Assembly: GCF_001049895.1 (NCBI RefSeq)
Contig: NZ_CVPE01000006.1
Coordinates: 176,441-208,440 of the forward strand
Source: Rubeoparvulum massiliense
GTDB lineage: Bacteria; Bacillota; Bacilli; Rubeoparvulales; Rubeoparvulaceae
Direction: 5' to 3'
DNA: 32,000 nt
The notes below the pieces were generated by a model that was not told the origin of the DNA, made no database searches, and saw only the letters and a program-made list of their open reading frames with translations. Below, piece after piece: positions 23,333 through 32,000 of the stretch. Each line of letters starts with the position of its first letter. Positions within the stretch are counted from its first letter, which is position 1. The position numbers and the translations under genes are program-made.

Positions 23333-25444
23333 ATGAAAGATGATGAATTTTTAATAAATGGCCAGGCCTTGCCTCCACTACTTGAAGTAGGCCGAGAACT
23401 TCTTCATGTACTGAACGAAGCAGGCTATGAGGCTTATTTTGTTGGCGGTGCAGTACGAGATTATTTGCTCCATCGGCCCATTCACGATGTGGATATTACA
23501 ACCAATGCCTTGCCCGATGAGGTGGTTCAGCTCTTTCCAGCCGTAATCCCAACAGGAATGGCTCATGGTACGGTGACGGTACGCTGGAAGGGCTTCTCCT
23601 TTGAAGTCACCACCTTCCGCACCGAGGGAGAGTACCTCGATCACCGACATCCTGCAGCGGTTCAATTCGTTCATTCCCTCACGGAGGATCTAGCCCGCCG
23701 TGACTTAACCATCAATGCCATGGCCATGGATGGGGAGGGGAAGCTATACGATCCCTATGGAGGGAGGGAGGATCTTCAGAATCGGCTGTTGCGAGCGGTA
23801 GGTGATCCTCAACAACGTTTTGCTGAGGATGCCCTGCGGATGATCCGTGTTTTCCGTTTTCAGTCACAGTACCAATTTCAGATTGAAGAGACCACGTTGC
23901 AGGGCATCAAGGCGGAAAGAGGTGGTCTTCCTCTAATTGCTGCAGAGCGGATCGCCGATGAGTTTTGCAAGCTTCTTCGTGGACCAGGGTTTCTCCATGC
24001 CCTTCAACTGCTCGCGCAATTTCTTGTGCTTCAGCATCCTCGCTTACCTATACTGGAAAAACTGGTGAAGCATCCACCTGCTCTGTTCTTGCAGAGACGG
24101 ATAGATTCCCTCCACTTCCTGGCTGAAGAGCCAATGGACCCACTGATTCTCCGGCTCTTATTACTTGGGCACATGGCCACGCTCAGTGAAGCAGAGTTTA
24201 GTAAATTGGGCTATGAGCTATTTTTGCCCCGCGAGACGCGAAGGCTTCTCACAAGCTCCTATGGCTTACTCAGTGAATGGATTGAAGAGAAGTATGCAGA
24301 GAATCACTGGAAGGCAGAATGGCTGGATCTGCCACAGGAATGCATCGCCTATACGTGGGCGGCCTATTGGATCTGTGGGAAGCTCAGCAAGGGAGAGCAA
24401 GAGATAGCTGAGCTTGGGGGTGCAAATCTTCATGAGCTCTATCAATCAGAACGTAGCCAGTGGCAACGTTTCTATGAGGAACTCCCCATCCGTCACTCCC
24501 AGGAATTGCAGCTCGATGGAAACCTGCTGCTGCAGTTGATTCCTGTAGCAGCAGGACCATGGATTGCGCGACGGCTAGAGCAACTGGTCTTGGCTGTTCA
24601 TATGGGGCATCTTAAGAATGATCGTGAGGAGCTATGCCACTTTCTGCAGCAGGGCTATGCCGAAGAACTGCAAATCCGTGAGCATCTTCATACTGAATGG
24701 CTAGGTCACCAACTCTATGTCCTACCTGTAGTGGATAGCACGCAACGGGAAGCACAACGACTGTGGAAAAAGGGTGGTGCTAATGGAACGGTGGTGGTAG
24801 CACAGCATCAAACTGCTGGTCGTGGTACGAGAGGACGAATCTGGCATTCGCCTCCACAATCAGGAGCTTGGTTTAGTATGCTCTTGCAGCTCCCCATCGA
24901 TCTTAAGAGGGCACCTATCATCACCCTCCTTACAGCGGTGGCACTTTATGAAACATTGCTCAACTGGTGTCAACCAGAACAGCTTCAGATTAAATGGCCC
25001 AATGATCTCCTTCTAGCAGGGAAGAAATGTGCAGGTATCTTAACAGAGCTACATCATCATGATGAGCATGGTGCTCAATTGGTCATCGGTGTTGGGGTCA
25101 ACCTGAACCAGGAGCACAATGACTTTCCAATGGAATTACAGGAGCACGCAACCTCCTTAGCTATGGGAACTGGCGAAAAGGTCCAACCTTCATTGCTGAT
25201 TGCCTTATTCTTAGCTAAAATGGAGGAATGGCTGGCCCTATATCAACAAGAAGGAAATTCGGCTGTGCTTCATGCATGGACAAGCTATGCTGGAATGATC
25301 GGTCAACGGGTCATGACACAGCTAGAAGGCAAGGATACCAATGTGATTATCCATGGCTTGGATGAGCAGGGTAGACTCCTTCTCCTTGATAAGCAGGGTA
25401 CTATTCACACTTTAGTTTCAGGGGAGATCAGACTCAATCCTTGA
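23333..25444 (+). CDS. cca/birA: Fusion protein: CCA-adding tRNA nucleotidyltransferase (residues 1 to ~442) joined in frame to the catalytic and C-terminal domains of biotin-[acetyl-CoA-carboxylase] ligase BirA (residues ~443-703); the BirA wHTH domain is absent
   Basis: Cca part: AYFVGGAVRDYLLHRPIHDVDITT, RRDLTINAMAMD, FAEDALRMIRVFRF, and the C-terminal GPWIARRLEQLVLAVHMGHLKNDREEL (B. subtilis has GKWVSEELQWIEQAVVTGKLSNQKKHI). BirA part: from A443 (nt 24659), AEELQIREHLHTEWLGHQLYVLPVVDSTQ...VVAQHQTAGRGTRGRIWHSPP..GAWFSMLL...IKWPNDLLLAGKKCAGILTE is collinear with B. subtilis BirA from about residue 68 onward. It is a single uninterrupted 703-codon ORF. Confidence 0.85.
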   Translation: MKDDEFLINGQALPPLLEVGRELLHVLNEAGYEAYFVGGAVRDYLLHRPIHDVDITTNALPDEVVQLFPAVIPTGMAHGTVTVRWKGFSFEVTTFRTEGEYLDHRHPAAVQFVHSLTEDLARRDLTINAMAMDGEGKLYDPYGGREDLQNRLLRAVGDPQQRFAEDALRMIRVFRFQSQYQFQIEETTLQGIKAERGGLPLIAAERIADEFCKLLRGPGFLHALQLLAQFLVLQHPRLPILEKLVKHPPALFLQRRIDSLHFLAEEPMDPLILRLLLLGHMATLSEAEFSKLGYELFLPRETRRLLTSSYGLLSEWIEEKYAENHWKAEWLDLPQECIAYTWAAYWICGKLSKGEQEIAELGGANLHELYQSERSQWQRFYEELPIRHSQELQLDGNLLLQLIPVAAGPWIARRLEQLVLAVHMGHLKNDREELCHFLQQGYAEELQIREHLHTEWLGHQLYVLPVVDSTQREAQRLWKKGGANGTVVVAQHQTAGRGTRGRIWHSPPQSGAWFSMLLQLPIDLKRAPIITLLTAVALYETLLNWCQPEQLQIKWPNDLLLAGKKCAGILTELHHHDEHGAQLVIGVGVNLNQEHNDFPMELQEHATSLAMGTGEKVQPSLLIALFLAKMEEWLALYQQEGNSAVLHAWTSYAGMIGQRVMTQLEGKDTNVIIHGLDEQGRLLLLDKQGTIHTLVSGEIRLNP

Positions 25445-25473
25445 GATCCCACCACTTAGAGGAGTGAATCCCA

Positions 25474-28287
25474 ATGCAACATACATATGTCATAATCGAC
25501 TTAGAAACAACAGGTCATTCACCGAAGAATGGCGATTCCATACTGGAAATTGGGCTGGTGGTAATGAGAGGAGGAAAGGTGGAGTACACCTTCGAGTCCC
25601 TGGTGAATCCTCAAGGGGAGATCCCTTCTTATATTCAAACCTTAACTGGAATCACACCAGAGATGGTGCAAGGAGCACCACAGATAGAAGAGGTTCTACC
25701 TACTGTACTTAAAGCATTAGATCAAGGGATATTTGTGGCTCATCATGCCAGCTTCGATTGGACTTTTTTACAGGAAACCTTAGAAATCCATGGCTATTCG
25801 CCATTAACCAATCCCGTATTGGATACCGTTGAACTGGCCCGCACCTTCCTACCCACGCTCCCTTCTTACTCCCTGGGCTATCTAACAGAAACCTTGGGCA
25901 TCAGCCATCTTCAGCCCCATCGTGCCTTGTCTGATGCAGAGGCTACGGCGATTCTATTGCATCGCTTGCTTCAGCACCTGGAGGAGCTACCACTTCCCAT
26001 TATTCAACAACTCCAAGCGGTGGCACCCTATTTACAGAGTGATTGGCCGCTGCTTATCAATAATCAGCTTGTAAAGAAAGGGAACTGGCAGAGGTCTGAG
26101 CAGTTCAGGGAGCAATATGGGGAATATAGAGGGGTGATTTGGCGGCGTGCAGGGGAGGGCTCAGCCGCTTTAAGCAATGCTTCTTGGCAGGCCTCACAAG
26201 ATGTAGAGACTACCATTGGGTGCTACTTTGATCCAACGAAGCCCTACTCCTTCCCTGCGCAGATGCAAGGGTATGAGGTGCGTGAGCAACAGCAAGCTAT
26301 GATGGAAGCGGTACAGGCAGCTCTCAATCAGGGGAAGCATCTCCTTGTGGAAGCAGGTACAGGGATGGGGAAAACATTAGGCTATGCTCTGCCTTCCATC
26401 CTCTGGGCTTTACATGAAGGAAAAAGAGTAATCTGGAGCACACAGACGCTGCAATTGCAGGATCAAATCTTGTATCATGAGATCCCGCTGCTCCGACGTG
26501 TTCTACCTTATCCATTCCGCGTCACATTGCGTAAAGGAATTCAACAATATCTTTGTTTTGAGCAGTTCTTTCGGTGGATGGAGAATGAACCCTATACCTA
26601 TGATGAAGCGCTGGCACAGGCGCAGCTATTGATCTGGCTCTATTCCACGGAAACAGGGGATTTAAGTGAGTTGAATCTGCCTTCCCATGGGAAAACCTTG
26701 CTGCCTCAGCTTACTTGTACCTCATCAGATTGCCTCGGTGCATCATGTCCGTGGGCAGAGCACTGTTATTATCAAAGGGCGAAGCAGGATGCTCATCAAG
26801 CGCAGATCGTCATTGTGAATCATGCCTTGCTTGCCCAGGAATTACAACAGGAGGAGGGAATTCTTCCCTCCTACGAGGCATTGGTGATCGATGAGGCTCA
26901 TCAATTTGTCGAAACTCTAGCACAACACTGGACGGAAGAGGTTAGTACGGAGCTCGTCCATCCGTTAATGAATAAGATGATAAGCGGTAAGCTGTGGGAC
27001 TGGATTGCTTTTAGTACAGGGGCACCTACAAGCTGTGAGGAGTTTCGCCGCCTAGCTCTCCAATGGCTCAACATCTATCAGGATTGGGAGGAAGAGGTGC
27101 TCTCTCTGGATGGGAAGAGAGGGAAGCAGGAAGAATCCTCCTTCATCCGTTATGAACGGGAACAGTTTACAGAGGGGGAACCTTTATTACAGGCAACAGC
27201 CCGCCTCTATACCGCGTGGCAAGCGTTGAATCAGCATATGATGGAGACGTCTGCAGTAGGGGAAAGCCAGAAGCATCTAGAACGTTTATGGCGGGATTTT
27301 CAACAGTTTGCTTCAGCTTTACCCCAGTTGCTTATTGCAAATGAGGCTCAGCTAGAGAGGGATGCTGAAGGTGAAAATGAAGGGGAACCCTATCAATATT
27401 GGATCACTTATGAATCCCTATCCTCTCGCAGTTTCACCTTGCTTGCCATCCCAACCCATGTGGCGCAACAGCTGAATGAGCGCTTATTTAAGGTGAAGGA
27501 GTCGGTGATTCTCACATCAGCTACCTTAACGGTGAATGGTTCCTTCCAATATATTCGCCGATTATTAGGCTTACATGAGGAGAGTGACACCGAGCAGGTG
27601 CGAGAAGCAATTTTTCCGTCTCCTTATCAATACGACCAACAGATGAAAATTGTGGTTCCTGAGCAGATCCCCTTGTTGCATGGTGAGGGAGATGCCCAAT
27701 TTATTGAACATGTGGCCCAATCCCTCGCGCAGGTGGTGAAAGAAGCAGGTGGCGGCTGTCTCGTGCTATTCACAGCGAAGGAGATGCTTTTACGCATTCG
27801 TGAGCGATTGGTTGAGCTTTTAGAGGGAACACGGATTCAAGTGCTAGCGCAAGGCGTTGATTCTAATAACCGGACGCGACTAGCTCAGCGTTTTCAGGCA
27901 GAGGGAGCCAGTGTCCTACTAGGAACGGCAAGCTTCTGGGAAGGGGTCGATATTCCAGGTGATGCTTTGCGGCTCTTGGCCATCGTCCGCTTACCTTTTG
28001 TTCACCCTGAGGATCCCTATTATCGGACGCGGATTGTAAGCCTAGGGTTAAAGCCACAGGAAGGCTTTTTTCGCCTTGCCTTACCCCAAACCATTCTTCG
28101 CCTCCGGCAAGGCATGGGAAGATTGATCCGTTCTACCAAGGATCGGGGGATGGTGATCCTCTATGATCGGAGGATTATCACAGGTCGATATGGAAAACAG
28201 ATTCTCCGCGCCTTGCCAGGTGCACCATTTTATGAAGTATCACAAGAGGAGCTGATCCATGAGATTCAGACTTGGTTCCATGGCTAA
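25474..28287 (+). CDS. dinG: DinG-family protein: N-terminal DnaQ-like 3'-5' exonuclease fused to an SF2 (Rad3/XPD-like) ATP-dependent helicase
   Basis: Exo motifs YVIIDLETTG, VAHHASFDWTFL, HRALSDAEATA. Helicase motifs EAGTGMGKTLGYALP (Walker A), VIDEAHQF (DEAH), and the C-terminal FWEGVDIPG, RLRQGMGRLIR. Size and architecture match B. subtilis DinG (YpvA). Confidence 0.92.
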   Translation: MQHTYVIIDLETTGHSPKNGDSILEIGLVVMRGGKVEYTFESLVNPQGEIPSYIQTLTGITPEMVQGAPQIEEVLPTVLKALDQGIFVAHHASFDWTFLQETLEIHGYSPLTNPVLDTVELARTFLPTLPSYSLGYLTETLGISHLQPHRALSDAEATAILLHRLLQHLEELPLPIIQQLQAVAPYLQSDWPLLINNQLVKKGNWQRSEQFREQYGEYRGVIWRRAGEGSAALSNASWQASQDVETTIGCYFDPTKPYSFPAQMQGYEVREQQQAMMEAVQAALNQGKHLLVEAGTGMGKTLGYALPSILWALHEGKRVIWSTQTLQLQDQILYHEIPLLRRVLPYPFRVTLRKGIQQYLCFEQFFRWMENEPYTYDEALAQAQLLIWLYSTETGDLSELNLPSHGKTLLPQLTCTSSDCLGASCPWAEHCYYQRAKQDAHQAQIVIVNHALLAQELQQEEGILPSYEALVIDEAHQFVETLAQHWTEEVSTELVHPLMNKMISGKLWDWIAFSTGAPTSCEEFRRLALQWLNIYQDWEEEVLSLDGKRGKQEESSFIRYEREQFTEGEPLLQATARLYTAWQALNQHMMETSAVGESQKHLERLWRDFQQFASALPQLLIANEAQLERDAEGENEGEPYQYWITYESLSSRSFTLLAIPTHVAQQLNERLFKVKESVILTSATLTVNGSFQYIRRLLGLHEESDTEQVREAIFPSPYQYDQQMKIVVPEQIPLLHGEGDAQFIEHVAQSLAQVVKEAGGGCLVLFTAKEMLLRIRERLVELLEGTRIQVLAQGVDSNNRTRLAQRFQAEGASVLLGTASFWEGVDIPGDALRLLAIVRLPFVHPEDPYYRTRIVSLGLKPQEGFFRLALPQTILRLRQGMGRLIRSTKDRGMVILYDRRIITGRYGKQILRALPGAPFYEVSQEELIHEIQTWFHG

Positions 28288-28290
28288 TTA

Positions 28291-29226
28291 ATGCTCTTTC
28301 TTCATAGACTGATAGGAGTAGATGACGAAAGGGTGTGGCCATTGATGCTCCATAGGTTTCTCCAATTTTTCATCCTTTTTTCCATGCTCTTCATGCTATT
28401 TGCATGTGGGACCATTGATGAGCATATGGCTGTGCCTGCGGAATATCAGACACGAATCCTCACGGAGGAGGAGGTTCGTCGTGCACTACAGATCCATTTT
28501 CTCCCCATTGCCGAACAGGAGACGATGGTAATCCAATTCCCAGATCGAAGAGTGGTTCTTGTGGATAGTGGAACCATGGAGCACTGGAAAGAGGTAGAGG
28601 AGCAACTGAAGCAGTTAGGGATCAAGAAGATCCATGATCTTTTCATACCTTTACCAACCATCAAACGAATGGAGCTGGTTCCTGTCTTGCATGAGGAATA
28701 TGGCATTGAACGTGTGGGTTTTCCGAGTTGGTATAACGCCACGGTGAATAAGATCCAACTACCCTCCACAGTACAAATGATTCCCTTGCAAGCAGGTGAT
28801 CATTGGGATTATGAGTTCGGTGTCTCCATCCGTGTTCTTGCTCCCTTTCCACCATTATCTCGCTCACCGCAAAATAATAGCTTAGTGCTGATGGTGGAAA
28901 GAGGAAAGATTGAGCTCCTTTATGCATCTAGTATTCATGCAGAACGGGAACTCCAATTGATCCAGCGCTATGAGTTAAAGACGACAGACATTTTGAAGGT
29001 GAGTGATTTTGCCAGCATCCATGGCTCCCATCCTCTTTTCATTGATGAGGTAGATGCTCAGGTGGGGGTCCTCTTTTTTAGTAAAGAGGTGCATGGTCGG
29101 GAGGAAGTACTTGAACGTTTGAAGGAGAACTGGTTTAATCTGTTTGAAACTGATCTTCATGGATTGATTACGGTATTAGTAGCAGAAGATAATTATGAGG
29201 TGATTCTTCCTTATCAACGGAAATAA
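28291..29226 (+). CDS. Putative lipoprotein with a ComEC-C-terminal-like metallo-beta-lactamase fold whose metal-binding motifs are degenerate
   Basis: Signal/lipobox-like FFILFSMLFMLFAC-GT. The body is collinear with the ComEC/Rec2-type MBL domain (VHFLDVGQGD..LIDtG ... lvlTHxDxDHiGG ... NNSsvVL ... LKVgHHGS). Here these positions read IHFLPIAEQE, LVDSG, LFIPLPTIKRM, NNSLVLMV and LKVSDFAS, so the His/Asp ligands are missing. The likely start is ATG 28345. Confidence 0.6.
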   Translation: MLFLHRLIGVDDERVWPLMLHRFLQFFILFSMLFMLFACGTIDEHMAVPAEYQTRILTEEEVRRALQIHFLPIAEQETMVIQFPDRRVVLVDSGTMEHWKEVEEQLKQLGIKKIHDLFIPLPTIKRMELVPVLHEEYGIERVGFPSWYNATVNKIQLPSTVQMIPLQAGDHWDYEFGVSIRVLAPFPPLSRSPQNNSLVLMVERGKIELLYASSIHAERELQLIQRYELKTTDILKVSDFASIHGSHPLFIDEVDAQVGVLFFSKEVHGREEVLERLKENWFNLFETDLHGLITVLVAEDNYEVILPYQRK

Positions 29227-29304
29227 GTATAGGCTCATGTACTGCTCTCACTCTATGGAAGAAAAATCGCATGCTCTCATCAATTCATGGTACACTATAG
29301 GTAA

Positions 29305-29322
29305 TTGTGATAAAAATAACAA
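29305..29322. promoter_or_regulatory. Candidate Rex operator (ROP box) upstream of rex
   Basis: TTGTGA-taaaaa-TAACAA against the consensus TTGTGAA-N6-TTCACAA, with one mismatch in the right half-site. It lies 23 nt upstream of the rex start codon. Confidence 0.45.
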
Positions 29323-29344
29323 TACGCGATTGGAGTGGGACGAA

Positions 29345-29980
29345 ATGGGAGAGAAGCCAGAGAAAATTTCGGAGTCGGTAGTACGACGCTTACCAATTTA
29401 CTTACGCTATTGTCATCAGTTGCAGAAGAATGATGTAAAGACTGTTTCTTCTAAAAAATTGGGGGAACTCCTGCAACTGAACCCTGCCCAGATTCGTAAG
29501 GATCTAGCATACTTTGGTGAGTTCGGTCGGAAGGGCGTGGGGTATGAGGTTGATTATCTCGTAAGTAAGATTGAGCAGATCTTACATGTGGATCAAATTA
29601 TTCCAATCGTTGTCATCGGTGCTGGCTCCATGGGTCATGCCTTGTGTAAATATAATGATTATCTCAAGCAGCACATGCAAATTGTTGCCATTCTAGATCA
29701 TGATCATGCGAAGGTGGGAAAGGTTGTTCACCATCTACAGGTGGAGCATATTGACCAATTGAATGAGATCGTGGCTGAACGGAAAATCAAGATTGGTATT
29801 ATTGCCGTCCCTTCCCATGCTGCACAGGATGTCTGCAATCAGCTAATGGATGCAGGGATTCATGCCATCCTTAACTTCGCACCGATCCGTCTCAAAACAA
29901 GACCTGGTGTACGCGTGCAACAAACGGATGTAGCCCGTGATTTACATACTTTGGCTTTCTATTTAACTGGAGAAGAGTAA
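29345..29980 (+). CDS. rex: Redox-sensing transcriptional repressor Rex
   Basis: VVRRLPIYLRY...L......VSSKKLGELL.LNPAQIRKDLAYFGEFGRKGVGYEV.YL (wHTH domain), then the Rossmann motif VVIGAGSMGHAL. ATG 29345 has GGAGTGGG 5 nt upstream. The 36 extra N-terminal codons of the track ORF are not Rex-like and cover the putative operator. Confidence 0.92.
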   Translation: MGEKPEKISESVVRRLPIYLRYCHQLQKNDVKTVSSKKLGELLQLNPAQIRKDLAYFGEFGRKGVGYEVDYLVSKIEQILHVDQIIPIVVIGAGSMGHALCKYNDYLKQHMQIVAILDHDHAKVGKVVHHLQVEHIDQLNEIVAERKIKIGIIAVPSHAAQDVCNQLMDAGIHAILNFAPIRLKTRPGVRVQQTDVARDLHTLAFYLTGEE

Positions 29981-30031
29981 TCGGTAAGAATACGTAACTA
30001 AATGAGATCATAAAACGTCTATAAGAAAGGG

Positions 30032-31144
30032 ATGACCCGTGGAAAGGAATCGATGTACATGGAGAAGGAAACAAACAATCAAGACCAAAGTTATTTTCGC
30101 AGAAACCGTAAGTGGCTACTACCACTTTTGATCACTCTAGCTGTTCTACTCATTGCAGGTGGGACAGTTTATGGCTATATTTTGCAAAAGTATGAGAAGA
30201 TGAAGATCGATCAGGGTGACTCGATTTATCATCAAATGGAGCAGACAGAGCCAGAAGAATCTGCATCAAATCAAGAAGACGCCGATCTTGTTGTTCTGCT
30301 CATTGGTTTAGATAGTCGTAAGGGTCATGCCTCGATGAATACGGATACGATCCTGTTACTTCGCTACCAATATGATCAGCATGCCCTACAGATGCTTTCC
30401 ATTCCTCGTGATCTGAAGACCATCTATCAAGGCGAAGCGATGAAAATTAACAGTATCTTTTATCAGGGAACATTGAAGGCCCAAAAATATATGAAGGAAA
30501 ATGGAATCCAAGATAATGATTTCACCCATTTTGGAGGTCTTGTCTTTGGGCAAAAGATGTTCGCGACCTCTGCAGATGTCTTGAAGGCTCAGGTAGAGAA
30601 GGAATTTGATCTAAGGATTGATCATGTGGCCATGGTGAGTTTTGACTTCGTTCAGGAAGCTGTGGATGCAGTGGGCGGAATTGAAGTTGAGGTGGATCGT
30701 AACATGAACTATGATGATCCTACGGACAATACACATATCCACCTAAATAAAGGTGTTCAGACCTTGGATGGTAAGCAAACCTTAGATTTTATTCGGTTTA
30801 GAAAGTCCAATGATGGCTATCATTCCAGTGATATTGAACGAGGAATTCGACAGCAAAAGGTGATTCAGGCTTTATCAGCTGAGGTGCTTTCATGGAAGAG
30901 TGTGCCACAGGCCATTAATCTCATCGATAGTCTCAGCAATCATTTTAAAACCACATTCACTTTGTCAGAAATGACACAATTGGTCAAGCAGGAGTATAGT
31001 CAATTTGATAGCAAGCGGATTACCCAAATTCCTTTTGAGGTTGAATTTGAATCCAATTTTGTGATCATTCCTGATCAAGAGAAGGAGCGAATTCGCATGC
31101 TATTCAATGAGGACTCTGCTTCTTCTGAAGGAGTGAAAGAATAA
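30032..31144 (+). CDS. LytR-CpsA-Psr (LCP) family cell-envelope phosphotransferase
   Basis: N-terminal TM segment (WLLPLLITLAVLLIAGGTVYGYIL), then VLLIGLDSR.......NTDTILLL......... LSIPRDL, and later LDGKQTLDFIRFRKS..GY.SSDIERGIRQQKVIQAL. These are typical LCP blocks. The start could also be ATG 30053 or 30059. Confidence 0.88.
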   Translation: MTRGKESMYMEKETNNQDQSYFRRNRKWLLPLLITLAVLLIAGGTVYGYILQKYEKMKIDQGDSIYHQMEQTEPEESASNQEDADLVVLLIGLDSRKGHASMNTDTILLLRYQYDQHALQMLSIPRDLKTIYQGEAMKINSIFYQGTLKAQKYMKENGIQDNDFTHFGGLVFGQKMFATSADVLKAQVEKEFDLRIDHVAMVSFDFVQEAVDAVGGIEVEVDRNMNYDDPTDNTHIHLNKGVQTLDGKQTLDFIRFRKSNDGYHSSDIERGIRQQKVIQALSAEVLSWKSVPQAINLIDSLSNHFKTTFTLSEMTQLVKQEYSQFDSKRITQIPFEVEFESNFVIIPDQEKERIRMLFNEDSASSEGVKE

Positions 31145-32000
31145 TGCATACATTGATTAAAAATGTAGATATCCTTACGATGAATCCCAGCCTCGAAGAA
31201 TGGTTCGATGGCTGGATTGCTTTTGCTGATGGGAGGATTACATACGTTGGTCCCGGGCAAAATCCAGAAGTAGAACGGCAATATGACGAAGTGATCGATG
31301 GTCATGGGTACTGGTTGATGCCTGGCTTGGTCAATACCCATGGTCACGCTGCGATGATCCTGCTCCGTGGGCTCGGTGATGATCTGCCATTACAAGAATG
31401 GTTAGAAGCCAAGATGTGGCCATTGGAAGCTCGCTTTACAGCGGACCATGTTTATTGGGGTACATCCCTTGCAGCTGTAGAGATGATCAAATCTGGAACA
31501 ACCCTCTTTCTCGATATGTACGCCCATATGGATCAGGTAGGCAAGGTGGTGGAACAGGCAGGACTTCGTGCCACCTTATCCCGCGGTATGATCGGACTCT
31601 GCTCAGAGCAGGAGCAACAAACCAAGCTCGACGATACCGCTGCATTCATTCGACAATGGCAGGGAGAGGCTCAGGGACGGATCGCTACCATGATCGCCCC
31701 TCATAGTGCCTATACCTGCCCACCGTCCTTTATCATGAAGGCATTGGAATTGGCTGACGAGCTGGAGATACCTGTTCATACGCATCTATCGGAAACTGCT
31801 CGGGAAGTAGCAGAAAACGAGGTCCGCTATGGCTGTCGCCCTGTTGAACATTTAGAAAAATTAGGCTTCTTTCAACGCTCTGCCCTCGTAGCCCATGCGG
31901 TTCATGTGAATGATGAGGAGATTCATTTGCTGAAAGAACATGATGTACGGGTTTCGCATAATCCTATGAGTAATTTGAAATTGGCCAGTGGCGTGGCTCC
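31144..32000 (+). CDS. mtaD: 5-methylthioadenosine/S-adenosylhomocysteine deaminase (amidohydrolase), 5' part; continues beyond the window
   Basis: This ORF is absent from the ORF track because it has no stop in the window. Manual translation from ATG 31144 (TAATG overlap with the LCP stop) gives MHTLIKNVDILTMN...GWIAFADGRITYVG...IDGHGYWLMPGLVNTHGHAAMILLRGLGDDLPLQEWLEAKMWPLE...TLFLDMY...HSAYTC....ELADELEIPVHTHLSET..EV. This is the MtaD signature and is open to position 32000. Confidence 0.9.
   Translation, partial: MHTLIKNVDILTMNPSLEEWFDGWIAFADGRITYVGPGQNPEVERQYDEVIDGHGYWLMPGLVNTHGHAAMILLRGLGDDLPLQEWLEAKMWPLEARFTADHVYWGTSLAAVEMIKSGTTLFLDMYAHMDQVGKVVEQAGLRATLSRGMIGLCSEQEQQTKLDDTAAFIRQWQGEAQGRIATMIAPHSAYTCPPSFIMKALELADELEIPVHTHLSETAREVAENEVRYGCRPVEHLEKLGFFQRSALVAHAVHVNDEEIHLLKEHDVRVSHNPMSNLKLASGVA

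Noticed and set aside
25464-25712. 82-aa plus-strand ORF starting 10 nt before dinG
   Set aside because: It is an alternative frame of dinG. The dinG frame carries the exonuclease motifs and has the properly spaced GGAGG RBS.
31075-31785. Track ORFs 31075-31347 (-), 31398-31706 (+) and 31603-31785 (-)
   Set aside because: They overlap the mtaD reading frame (31144 onward). That frame is missing from the track only because it has no stop within the window, and it has unmistakable amidohydrolase/MtaD motifs.

Overview
The window is a chromosomal segment from a Bacillales-type Firmicute. This is inferred from the bacillithiol genes bshB1 and bshA and from a gene order like B. subtilis: ypjD, dapB, mgsA, bshB1, bshA, cca, birA, dinG. 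About 30 protein genes are supported, and no rRNA, tRNA or CRISPR array is visible.

Most of the window (about 3.9-32 kb) is housekeeping or core. It holds:
- a preQ1-I riboswitch controlling a YhhQ-family queuosine-precursor transporter
- psuK-psuG (pseudouridine catabolism)
- cadC-cadA with a recognisable cad promoter and operator
- moaB, ylbF-ylbG, an MdtG-like MFS pump and a Usp protein
- an M1-type peptidase, a DUF420 protein, a DsrE-like protein and a YitT-family protein
- the dapB-to-dinG cluster, rex, an LCP protein and the 5' part of mtaD, which runs off the right edge

The left ~3.9 kb looks accessory and is visibly more A+T-rich by eye. It contains a decayed Tn3-family transposase remnant. 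Next to it is a 527-aa membrane-anchored protein whose C-terminus carries a PD-(D/E)xK nuclease-toxin signature, followed 3 nt later by a small candidate immunity gene. Two copies of a GC-rich palindromic element, with arms that resemble Tn3-family terminal repeats, bracket a TSUP permease gene.

The items most worth follow-up are:
1. the orphan toxin/immunity pair, which has no recognisable secretion or trafficking domain
2. an in-frame TGA replacing the first Cys of the CxxC metal-binding motif of an otherwise intact cadA, with hairpins at and just after the TGA
3. an in-frame Cca-BirA fusion that precisely lacks the BirA DNA-binding domain
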